Of a stretch of 64,000 nt of DNA, positions 27,174-35,842 are shown piece after piece; the stretch's first letter is position 1, and every line of letters starts with the position of its first letter. The position numbers and the translations under genes were made by a program. The notes beneath the pieces are model-generated. The model ran no database searches. It was not told the origin of the DNA and worked only from the letters and a program-made list of their open reading frames with translations. The DNA comes from Polyangiales bacterium (GTDB lineage: Bacteria; Myxococcota_A; Polyangia; Polyangiales; Polyangiaceae), in contig JBBRLQ010000010.1 in NCBI GenBank assembly GCA_038231275.1, positions 128,001 through 192,000 on the forward strand, read 5' to 3'.

Positions 27174-30100
27174 CGACGGAGACGACGACCACGCCCGCGG
27201 CGGGAGCCGTACCGATTGCGACCCGTGACGCGCTCGCGGCGCTCGCCGCCGAGCTGGCCCGCAAGCACCAGCCGCTCAAGCGCGCGCCGCTGCTCACTCC
27301 GCGCCTCGCGAACGTGCCGGTCCTCGCCGCCGCGATCGCGCGGTCGCTACGCGCGTTTCGCGTGCAGAGGCCCGACGACGCCGCGTACCAGAAAGCGGGG
27401 GAGTGGCTCCTCGACAACCACTACATGTGCGAGCGCGCGCTCCGTCAGGTTCGTCGCGAGCTGCCGTCCGGCTTCCGCCGTCACCTTCCGCACGCAGGCG
27501 ACGACACGCTGCCGCGCGTGCTCTACATCGCTCGCGGCCTCGTCCAGGGGACGGCGCTCGAGCTCGACGAGCCGACGCTCCTCGCCTTCCTCGACGAGTA
27601 CCAGAAGCACTCCCCGCTCACCGTCGCCGAGCTCTGGGCGCTGCCGACGCTCCTCCGCCTCGCGATGCTGGAGGTTCTCGTACAGACCTTGGACCGTCTC
27701 CTTCTCGCGCGCGAATCGGCAGAGGCGTGGTGCGACGTGCCCATCGATCCGGCGCTCGGCGTCGAACGGTGCATTCGTGGGCTTCGGCTCCTCGCCGAGA
27801 TCGACTGGAAAGAGATCTTCGGGGCCACCAGCGCAGTCGAGTCGATCCTTCGGCAGGATCCTGCGCAGATCTACACGCGGACGGACTTCGAGACGCGCGA
27901 CGCGTGCCGTAAGGTGGTCGAGCGGCTCGCGTGGGACACCGACGTCCAAGAGGTCGACGTGGCGCGCGCGGCCATCGCCCTCGCGGAGCGGAGCCCGTCC
28001 GACCCGCGGCGCGGTCACGTCGGCACCTACCTCATCGGCCCGAGCTGTGACGAGCTGGAGGCGATCGTTGGTCACCGCCCGCGTGCGCGGATGGAGCGGG
28101 TGCGCCGCGCGTTTTCGAGGCGCCCGACCCTGACCTACCTGGGATCGGTCGCGGGTCTGACCGCGGTCCTCTTCGCCGCGTTCGCCGTGGGCGTAATGGC
28201 GCTCGCTCCGTCCCATGCGATCCTGCTCGCCGCGCTCGCGCTCGTGCCCCTGTCGTCGGTCGCAGTCGCGGTCGTCCACACGCTGCTGCTCACGCTGCTC
28301 GCGCCTCGGACCTTGCCGGAGCTCGATTTTTCTAAGGGAATTCCCGCGGAATTTCGCACCGCCGTCGTCATGCCGGCGCTGATCGCCGCGCCGCGCGACG
28401 TCGACGAGCTGCTGCGGCAGCTGGAGGTGCACTACCTCTCGCATCCCGATCCTGCCCTCGCGTTCGTCCTCCTCGTCGACCACACCGACAGTGACGCGAA
28501 GCCGGACGACGCGGCGCTGCTCGCGCACGCGGAGGCGCGCATCGCGGAGCTGAACGCCGCGCATGTGCCGTCGGGCGCCGGTCCGTTCCACCTCCTCTAC
28601 CGCGAGTCCCGCTGGAACCCCGCCGAGGGGCGCTTCATGGCGTGGGAGCGCAAGCGAGGGAAGCTCGAGGAGTGGAACCGTCTCCTTCGCGGCGACACGA
28701 CGACCAGCTTCGTCCGTCGCTTCGGAGATCCCAAGGGGCTCCTCGGCGTCCGCTTCGTGATCACCCTCGACGCCGACACGCGACTCCCCCTCGGCGCCGC
28801 GAATCGCCTCGTCGGGCTCATGGCGCATCCGCTCAATCAGGCTGTCTTCTCGGCCGATGGGAGGCGCGTCGTCGACGGCTACACGGTGGTGCAGCCGCGC
28901 GTCGAGACGTCGCCGCTCGGCGGTCCGAGCACGTGGTTCAGCCGAATGCGCTCCGGCGACACCGCGATCGACATCTACACGCGCGCCGTCTCCGACGTGT
29001 ACCAGGACCTCTTCGGCGCCGGCATCTACGTCGGGAAGGGCATCTACGACGTCGACACCTTCATGCGGAGCCTCGACGGCCGCGTGCCCGACGACTCGCT
29101 CGCGAGCCACGATCTGTTCGAAGGGTCGTGCGGGCGCGCGGGGCTGGCGACCGACATCGTGCTCTTCGAAGAGTATCCGCATCACTACCTCGCCTTCGCG
29201 CGTCGGCAGCACCGGTGGATCCGCGGCGATTGGCAGCTGCTCCCGTGGCTCGCTTCGCGCGTGCCGGGCCGCGCCGCCGGCGAGCGCGTGCCCAACACGC
29301 TCGGCACGATCGATCGCTGGAAGATCTTCGACAACCTCCGGCGCAGCCTGCTCGCGCCCTCGCTCCTCTCGCTCGTCGTTGCGGGGCTCTTCACGCTCCC
29401 GGAGGTGCTGACCCCCCTCGCGCTCTTGCCGCTGTTCGTTCCGCTGATCCTGACGCTGGTCGTCTGGCGCGGAGGGCCATTGCGCGAGCCGCTCGGACGC
29501 TTCGCCATCGGCGCGCTGTCGTTGCCGCACGACGCGTGCACGGCCATCGACGCGATCGTCCGCGTGCTGGCGCGCCTCCACACGCGCAAGCGCCTCCTCG
29601 AGTGGGTGACGGCGGCCCACACGGCGCAGAGCTTGCGGGACGGCTCGTCCGCGCGCCGCTTCTACTGGGACATGCGCGCGTCGATCGCCCTCGTCGGAGG
29701 GATCGGGGCCGCGCTCCTCGTCGTACGTCCGATCGCCCTCGCGCCCGCCGCGCCGCTCCTCGTCGCGTGGCTCCTGGCGCCCGAGCTCTTGCGACGGGCC
29801 AGCGCGCCTGCGAAGCCGGTCGCGCCGCTCCGTATCGGAGATCGCAAGGTGCTCCGTCGCCTCGCCCGCCGCACGTGGCTCTTCTTCGAGTCGTTCGTCG
29901 GCCCCGGCGATCAGTGGCTCCCGCCCGACAACTTCCAGGAAGAGCCGCGCGGCGCCGTCGCCCACCGCACGTCACCGACGAACATCGGCCTCCTCTTGAT
30001 CGCGGAGCTGTCGGCGCACGACTTCGGGTACATCGGACCGACCGAGCTGTGCCTGCTCTTGCGGCAGTCGTTCGACTCGCTCATGCGGCTCGAGCGGTAC

Positions 30101-33100
30101 GGCGGCCACTGGCTCAACTGGTACGTGACCACCGATCTCGAGCCGCTCTTGCCGCGCTACGTCTCGACGGTCGACAGCGGGAACCTCGCGGCGTCGCTCA
30201 TCACGCTCGCCGGAGGTTGCAAGGACGCGCCGCAGCTGCCGATCCTCGGCGACCGTCGATGGCAAGGCCTGCTCGACACGCTCGGGCTCATCGAGGAGGC
30301 CGCGGAGGCGCTCCCTGGCGGCGCGTCCGCGCTGAAACCTGGAATCACCGCGTTCGCCGAGGCCGCCACCGCCGCCCGCCACTCGCCAACGGGCACGCTC
30401 GCCGCGATCGTCACGCTCGAAGCGACGCAGTTGCCGGAGATCGAGCGCGAGATCGTGACGCTGCTCGACGACAAGACCTCGCGAGCGCGCACGTCGGTGT
30501 CGGTGCTTCGCGAGCTCCGAACGTGGCTCGATCGGTTGCGGAGACAGCTGCACGCGATGCGGCGCGACGCGGAGACGTTCCTGTCGTGGCTCGAACTTGC
30601 CCAGGGCGCCGTGCCGCGCGAGAACGCCGAGCTCGCGAAGCGCCTCGATCCTCGGAGCCTCTCCCTGGACGGCATCCTCGCCGTCGCCGCCGATGTTCGT
30701 GATGTCCTCCTCGCCGAGGAGACGCAGCCCGTGCAGGAGCGTCGTCGCGCGTTCACCGAGGCGATCGCTGCGCTCCACGCCGCGAAGGAGTCTGCCGATC
30801 GGGATCGCGAGGACCTGCGCGCGATCGCCGAGCGCGCCCTCACCGAAGCGCGCGCGATGGACTTCCGCTTCCTCTACGACGCGCAGCGCCGGCTGTTCCA
30901 CATCGGCTACAACGTGACGGCGGCGCGCCTCGACCCGTCGTACTACGACCTCTTCGCGTCCGAGGCGCGCGTGGCGAGCTTCGTCGCCATCGTCCTGAAG
31001 CAGGTGCCGCTCCACCACTGGTTCGCGCTCGGCCGTCCGGTGACGCTGGTGCACGGCGCGGTCACGCTCCTCTCCTGGGGCGCGACGATGTTCGAGTACC
31101 TCCTCCCCAACGTGTTCATGCGGAGCCAAGAGCACACGCTCCTGGCGCAGAGCACCGAGCGCGCGGTGGAGGCGCAGATCGATTACGGCCAAAAATGCGG
31201 CACGCCGTGGGGGATCTCGGAGTCGGGCTTCGCGCAGCTCGACGCGCAGAACACCTACCAGTACCGCTCGTTCGGCGTCCCTGGCCTCGGCATCAAGCGC
31301 GGGCTCGAGGACGATCTCGTCATCGCACCCTACGCGTCGATCCTCGCGGTCGGCCTCCGGCCGCACGACGTCATGACGAACCTCGCGAAGCTCGTTCGCA
31401 TGAACGCGCGCGGGACCTACGGGCTCTACGAGGCGGTCGACTTCCGCTCCTCGGGCACCGAGGGGCTGGCGCCCGAGGAGGACGGGTCGCCCGGGTTCAA
31501 GGTCGTTCGATCGCACATGGCGCACCACCAGGGGATGATCCTGGCGTCGCTGAACAACGCGCTCCACGACGACGTCCTGGTCGAGCGCTTCCACGACAAC
31601 CCCTTGGTGCGCACCGGCGAGCTCTTGCTCAACGAGCGCCTGCCGCCGGTGGACGTCGCCGAGCGTCCGGCGCCCGCGCGGGGCGATGGAGCCGAGCCGA
31701 TCGCCGTCGCGCTCCCGAGCTATCCGGCGTGGACGCCCGAGCTCGGCCTCGCGACCTGCGACGTGACGCTGCTCACGAACGGCCGCCTCACTACGACGGT
31801 GACCGACACGGGCGCCGGCGCGACGCGCTTCGACCACGTCGCCGTCACTCCGCCGAACCGCGACGGCACGCGCGACGTCGCCGGCACGTGGATCTACCTC
31901 CGCGACAAGGAGACGAACGAGGTGTGGTCTGCGACGCCCGCGCCCACGCGACCGCGGCAGGCGACGGATCGCGTGTCCTTCTCGCCGCACAAGGTGGAGG
32001 TGAGCGACCGCCACCTCGGCATCTCGTCGCGCACGGAGATCGCCGTCGGGCAGGTCCACGACGTCGAGGTCCGCTACGTCACGCTGCGAAACGAGGGCGA
32101 CCGGCCGCGGAGGCTCACGGTGACGAGCTACCTCGAGCCGGTGCTCGAGCCCGAGGGCGGGGCGGAGCGTCATCCGGCGTTCTCGCGCCTGTTCGTCGAG
32201 TGCGAGCCGCTCGCGGAGATTCATGGCGTGGCGTGCGACCGCAGGCCGAAGGCGCCGTCCGACGTCATCGCGTCGCTCGTGCACCGCGCTGTGTGGGAGG
32301 GGAGCGACGTGTCGTGGTCGCACGCGGGGACCGATCGGGCCGTGTTCGTTGGCAGGCGCCGCGACGTGCGGTCGCCGGCGATGGGGCGCGGCGAGGGCGA
32401 CGCGCGGGGAGGACCCGCGCTCGATCCGGCGGTGACTCTGACGCTCGACGTGAAGCTCGCCCCGGGCGCGACGGTCGAGGTCGCGTTCGTCACGGCCGTT
32501 GCGCCGGAGCGAGCGGATGCGTTGGAGGCCGCGCGGCGTCTGGGGACGATGCACGCCGTGAGGTGGGCGATCCGCGACGCCGAGCGTGCATGCGCGCGTC
32601 GATTGCAGGCGGCCGGAGTCAGCCCGGAGCTCTACCCCGCGATGGCGCGCCTCGTGTCGCGCCTCCTTTATCCGCTCCCGTTCCTCGGAGCGACCCGCGA
32701 GACGCGTCGCGGCTTCGGCCCCTCGCAGCCGCAGCTATGGGGCCACGGCATCTCCGGAGACGATCCGATCCTGGTCGTCCGCGTCGAGGAACCCGAGGCC
32801 AACTCGCTCCTCGCCGAGGTGCTTGCAACCTACAGGTATCTCCGCGCGTGCGGCGTGTCGATCGAGGTCGTCTTCATCGTCCGCTCGGCCACCAGCTACT
32901 TGGCGGAAGCCTCGGGCACCGTCCGCAATTTCCTCGTGCGCGAAGGGGCCGCGGGGTGGCTGCACCAGCGCGGAGGCCTCTTCGTCCTAGGGACCGATCA
33001 GCTCGCGCACGACGAGGATCGCCGCATCGAGGCGGCCGCGCAGGTGGTCCTCGACGTCGCGCGCGGGCCGCTCGCGGAGCAATGGACACGGCTGCCCGCG

Positions 33101-35674
33101 CTTCCGCCGCCGCTCCCGGCGTTCGCCCCGACCCGCGCGCCCGAGCCGTCGCCCGCGCCCGCGGCGCCCGAGACGAATCGACGCCTCTTGTTTGGACATT
33201 CGCTCGGCGGCTTCACCGACGACGGACGCGAGTACGTGGTCCTCCCCGGGGGAGAGGGCACGCCCGCGCCGTGGTGCAACGTCCTCGCGAACGAGACCTT
33301 CGGCTGCCTGGTGAGCGAGTCGTCGCTCGGCGCGACCTGGTCGGTCAACGCCGGCGAGCATCGCCTCACCCCGTGGCGCAACGATCCCGTGAGCGACGCC
33401 CCGTCGGAGGTCGTGTACCTGCGCGACGAAGAGACCGCGGAGGTCTGGTCGCCGACGCCGCTCCCGGCCGGCCTCGCGGTCGGAGCGCGCGTTCGTCACG
33501 GCGCCGGGTACACCGTCTACGAGCAGACGAGCCATGGCGTCGAGCAGGAGCTGACCGTCTTCGTGGCCGCCGACCGACCCGTGAAGCTCATGCGCTTGCG
33601 CGTGCGCGATGTCCTCGGTCGCCCTCGTCGCTTGACCGCGACGTACTACGTCGAGTGGCTGCTCGGCGTCTCGCGCGCCGATGTACGCACGCGCGTCCTC
33701 TGCGAGGTCGACAGCGAGGCGCGCTGTGTGATGGCGCGATCGGTCTACGACGCCGCGTTCGCGGGACGCGTGGCCTTCGTCGCCGCCGACCGCCCGCACC
33801 ACGGCTTCACGTGCGATCGCACGGAATTTATCGGGCGAAGCGGGGACTACGCGCGGCCGGAAGGTCTGACGCGCTGGGGGCTCGCCGGCACCACTGAGCC
33901 GGGGATCGATCCGTGCGCCGCGCTCCAGGTCCACGTGGACCTGCGCGCCGGCGAGGAGGTCACGCTGTGCTTCGTGCTCGGCGAAGGAAAGGATCGCGCG
34001 GAGGCGCTGGAGCTCGCGCGTCGGTTCCAAGCCCCTGGCAGCGCGGACGAGGCGTTGACGCGCGTGACCGAGCGCTGGGACGAGCTCCTTGGCGCGGTGC
34101 AGGTGAAGACGCCAGAGCCCGCGATGGATCTCATGCTGAACCGCTGGCTCCTCTACCAGAGCCTGTCGTCGCGCTTCTTCGCGCGCGCGGCGTTTTACCA
34201 GTCGAGCGGCGCGTACGGCTTCCGCGACCAGCTGCAGGACGTGATGGCGTACGTCCACTCGGCGCCGCAGATCGTGCGCGCCCACATCCTCCTTTGCGCC
34301 GCGCACCAGTTCGAAGAAGGAGACGTTCTCCACTGGTGGCACCCGCCTGCCGAGGTGGGCGTGCGCACTCGCTGCTCCGACGACTACCTCTGGCTGCCGT
34401 ACGTCACCGCGCACTACGTGGCGGCCACCGGCGACGTCGGTATCCTCGCCGAGGAGGTGCCGTTCCTCCACGCGCCGCCGCTGCGCCCCGACGAAGGGGA
34501 TCGCTACGCGAAGTTCCCGCCGGGAGATGCGCCCGCCACGCTCCTCGAGCACTGCCGCCGCGCCCTCGCGCACGGCTACACCGAGGGGCCTCATGGTCTC
34601 CCCCTCATGGGCAGCGGGGACTGGAACGACGGCATGAACCGCGTCGGCGACGGCGGGAAAGGCGAGAGCGTCTGGCTCGCCTGGTTCCTCTACTCGGTCA
34701 CCGACAAGTTTCTCTTCTTGTGCGAGCGCGCCAAGAGCCGCGAGGACGCCGGCGCCTGGCGTACGCGCGCGCAGCGATTGCGCGCCGCCGCCGAGGCGAG
34801 CGCCTGGGACGGCGCGTGGTACGTCCGCGCCTTCTACGACGACGGAACACCGATCGGCACATCGCGCGCGCGCACGTGCCGCATCGACTCGATCGCGCAG
34901 TCGTGGTCGGTGCTCTCCGGCGCCGCCGAGCCGTCGCGCGCGAAGAGGGCGCTCCGCTCCGCCGAGAGCATGCTCGTGCGCGAGGGCGATCGTCTCGTCC
35001 TCCTCTTGCAGCCACCGTTCGAGGGCGCGCAGCGCGATCCAGGGTACATCCAGGCCTATCCGCCGGGCGTTCGCGAGAATGGTGGACAATACACGCATGC
35101 CGCCGCGTGGCTCGGCTGGGCTCATGCTCAGGTCGGCGACGGCGCTGCGGCCGAGCGCATCTTCCGGCTGCTCGACCCGGTCCACCACGGCGACCGCGAC
35201 GACGCGATCGCGCGCTACCGCGTCGAGCCCTACGTCATCGCCGGCGACGTTTACGACTCCGCGGATCGCGTCGGTCGTGGCGGCTGGACCTGGTACACCG
35301 GCGCCGCGGCGTGGACGTGGCGGCTCGGCGTCGAGGCCATCCTCGGCATCACGCGCGTCGAAGGTGGCGTTCGCGTCGATCCCTGCATTCCCCCTTCGTG
35401 GCCCGGCTTCGAGGCCACCGTGCGCGTGGGCGCCGCGCGCTTGGTGATCCGCGTCGAAAATCCCGATCACGTCGCGCGTGGCGTCGTCACGGTCACCGTC
35501 GACGGGGTGAAGGCGACCTCGAACGTCATCGTCCCTCCGGTCGGCGACGATCGCGAGCACGTCGTGCGCGTGGTCCTCGGCGCGCGCCCGCGGAGCGATG
35601 TTTCGCCGCCGCAGAGCGGACCGCACGTGCCCACTCCAGAGGCGTCGCAGCCCGCGCCGTTCGGCGTGCGCTGA
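27170..35674 (+). CDS. ndvB: Cyclic beta-1,2-glucan synthase (GT84 + glucoamylase-like + GH94 phosphorylase domains)
   Basis: 2834 aa; EWLLDN, WERKRGKL, ITLDADT, SHDLFEG, RWIRGDWQL, RTSPTNIG, WGISES, YQSSGAYGFRDQLQD, GDWNDGMN, RENGGQYTH. Confidence 0.93.
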   Translation: MTTETTTTPAAGAVPIATRDALAALAAELARKHQPLKRAPLLTPRLANVPVLAAAIARSLRAFRVQRPDDAAYQKAGEWLLDNHYMCERALRQVRRELPSGFRRHLPHAGDDTLPRVLYIARGLVQGTALELDEPTLLAFLDEYQKHSPLTVAELWALPTLLRLAMLEVLVQTLDRLLLARESAEAWCDVPIDPALGVERCIRGLRLLAEIDWKEIFGATSAVESILRQDPAQIYTRTDFETRDACRKVVERLAWDTDVQEVDVARAAIALAERSPSDPRRGHVGTYLIGPSCDELEAIVGHRPRARMERVRRAFSRRPTLTYLGSVAGLTAVLFAAFAVGVMALAPSHAILLAALALVPLSSVAVAVVHTLLLTLLAPRTLPELDFSKGIPAEFRTAVVMPALIAAPRDVDELLRQLEVHYLSHPDPALAFVLLVDHTDSDAKPDDAALLAHAEARIAELNAAHVPSGAGPFHLLYRESRWNPAEGRFMAWERKRGKLEEWNRLLRGDTTTSFVRRFGDPKGLLGVRFVITLDADTRLPLGAANRLVGLMAHPLNQAVFSADGRRVVDGYTVVQPRVETSPLGGPSTWFSRMRSGDTAIDIYTRAVSDVYQDLFGAGIYVGKGIYDVDTFMRSLDGRVPDDSLASHDLFEGSCGRAGLATDIVLFEEYPHHYLAFARRQHRWIRGDWQLLPWLASRVPGRAAGERVPNTLGTIDRWKIFDNLRRSLLAPSLLSLVVAGLFTLPEVLTPLALLPLFVPLILTLVVWRGGPLREPLGRFAIGALSLPHDACTAIDAIVRVLARLHTRKRLLEWVTAAHTAQSLRDGSSARRFYWDMRASIALVGGIGAALLVVRPIALAPAAPLLVAWLLAPELLRRASAPAKPVAPLRIGDRKVLRRLARRTWLFFESFVGPGDQWLPPDNFQEEPRGAVAHRTSPTNIGLLLIAELSAHDFGYIGPTELCLLLRQSFDSLMRLERYGGHWLNWYVTTDLEPLLPRYVSTVDSGNLAASLITLAGGCKDAPQLPILGDRRWQGLLDTLGLIEEAAEALPGGASALKPGITAFAEAATAARHSPTGTLAAIVTLEATQLPEIEREIVTLLDDKTSRARTSVSVLRELRTWLDRLRRQLHAMRRDAETFLSWLELAQGAVPRENAELAKRLDPRSLSLDGILAVAADVRDVLLAEETQPVQERRRAFTEAIAALHAAKESADRDREDLRAIAERALTEARAMDFRFLYDAQRRLFHIGYNVTAARLDPSYYDLFASEARVASFVAIVLKQVPLHHWFALGRPVTLVHGAVTLLSWGATMFEYLLPNVFMRSQEHTLLAQSTERAVEAQIDYGQKCGTPWGISESGFAQLDAQNTYQYRSFGVPGLGIKRGLEDDLVIAPYASILAVGLRPHDVMTNLAKLVRMNARGTYGLYEAVDFRSSGTEGLAPEEDGSPGFKVVRSHMAHHQGMILASLNNALHDDVLVERFHDNPLVRTGELLLNERLPPVDVAERPAPARGDGAEPIAVALPSYPAWTPELGLATCDVTLLTNGRLTTTVTDTGAGATRFDHVAVTPPNRDGTRDVAGTWIYLRDKETNEVWSATPAPTRPRQATDRVSFSPHKVEVSDRHLGISSRTEIAVGQVHDVEVRYVTLRNEGDRPRRLTVTSYLEPVLEPEGGAERHPAFSRLFVECEPLAEIHGVACDRRPKAPSDVIASLVHRAVWEGSDVSWSHAGTDRAVFVGRRRDVRSPAMGRGEGDARGGPALDPAVTLTLDVKLAPGATVEVAFVTAVAPERADALEAARRLGTMHAVRWAIRDAERACARRLQAAGVSPELYPAMARLVSRLLYPLPFLGATRETRRGFGPSQPQLWGHGISGDDPILVVRVEEPEANSLLAEVLATYRYLRACGVSIEVVFIVRSATSYLAEASGTVRNFLVREGAAGWLHQRGGLFVLGTDQLAHDEDRRIEAAAQVVLDVARGPLAEQWTRLPALPPPLPAFAPTRAPEPSPAPAAPETNRRLLFGHSLGGFTDDGREYVVLPGGEGTPAPWCNVLANETFGCLVSESSLGATWSVNAGEHRLTPWRNDPVSDAPSEVVYLRDEETAEVWSPTPLPAGLAVGARVRHGAGYTVYEQTSHGVEQELTVFVAADRPVKLMRLRVRDVLGRPRRLTATYYVEWLLGVSRADVRTRVLCEVDSEARCVMARSVYDAAFAGRVAFVAADRPHHGFTCDRTEFIGRSGDYARPEGLTRWGLAGTTEPGIDPCAALQVHVDLRAGEEVTLCFVLGEGKDRAEALELARRFQAPGSADEALTRVTERWDELLGAVQVKTPEPAMDLMLNRWLLYQSLSSRFFARAAFYQSSGAYGFRDQLQDVMAYVHSAPQIVRAHILLCAAHQFEEGDVLHWWHPPAEVGVRTRCSDDYLWLPYVTAHYVAATGDVGILAEEVPFLHAPPLRPDEGDRYAKFPPGDAPATLLEHCRRALAHGYTEGPHGLPLMGSGDWNDGMNRVGDGGKGESVWLAWFLYSVTDKFLFLCERAKSREDAGAWRTRAQRLRAAAEASAWDGAWYVRAFYDDGTPIGTSRARTCRIDSIAQSWSVLSGAAEPSRAKRALRSAESMLVREGDRLVLLLQPPFEGAQRDPGYIQAYPPGVRENGGQYTHAAAWLGWAHAQVGDGAAAERIFRLLDPVHHGDRDDAIARYRVEPYVIAGDVYDSADRVGRGGWTWYTGAAAWTWRLGVEAILGITRVEGGVRVDPCIPPSWPGFEATVRVGAARLVIRVENPDHVARGVVTVTVDGVKATSNVIVPPVGDDREHVVRVVLGARPRSDVSPPQSGPHVPTPEASQPAPFGVR

Positions 35675-35842
35675 CGCTCACCACGCGCCATCTCGACACG
35701 ATTTGTGGCGTTCTGGCCGCGAAATTTGTATGGCGACGGTGACCCCGTGTGCCTCGTGGTGCCACCAAACGAACAAGCTCGAGCACGTTACTTCGGTCTC
35801 ACACATTGATGGATCGGTCTCGATCGATAAGGTCCGCCATCA

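Noticed and set aside
27347..35626. Long antisense ORFs (872, 860 and 879 aa) and similar shadow ORFs throughout the window
   Set aside because: They are antisense or alternate-frame to well-supported genes, Arg/Ala-rich and motif-free, as expected at high GC
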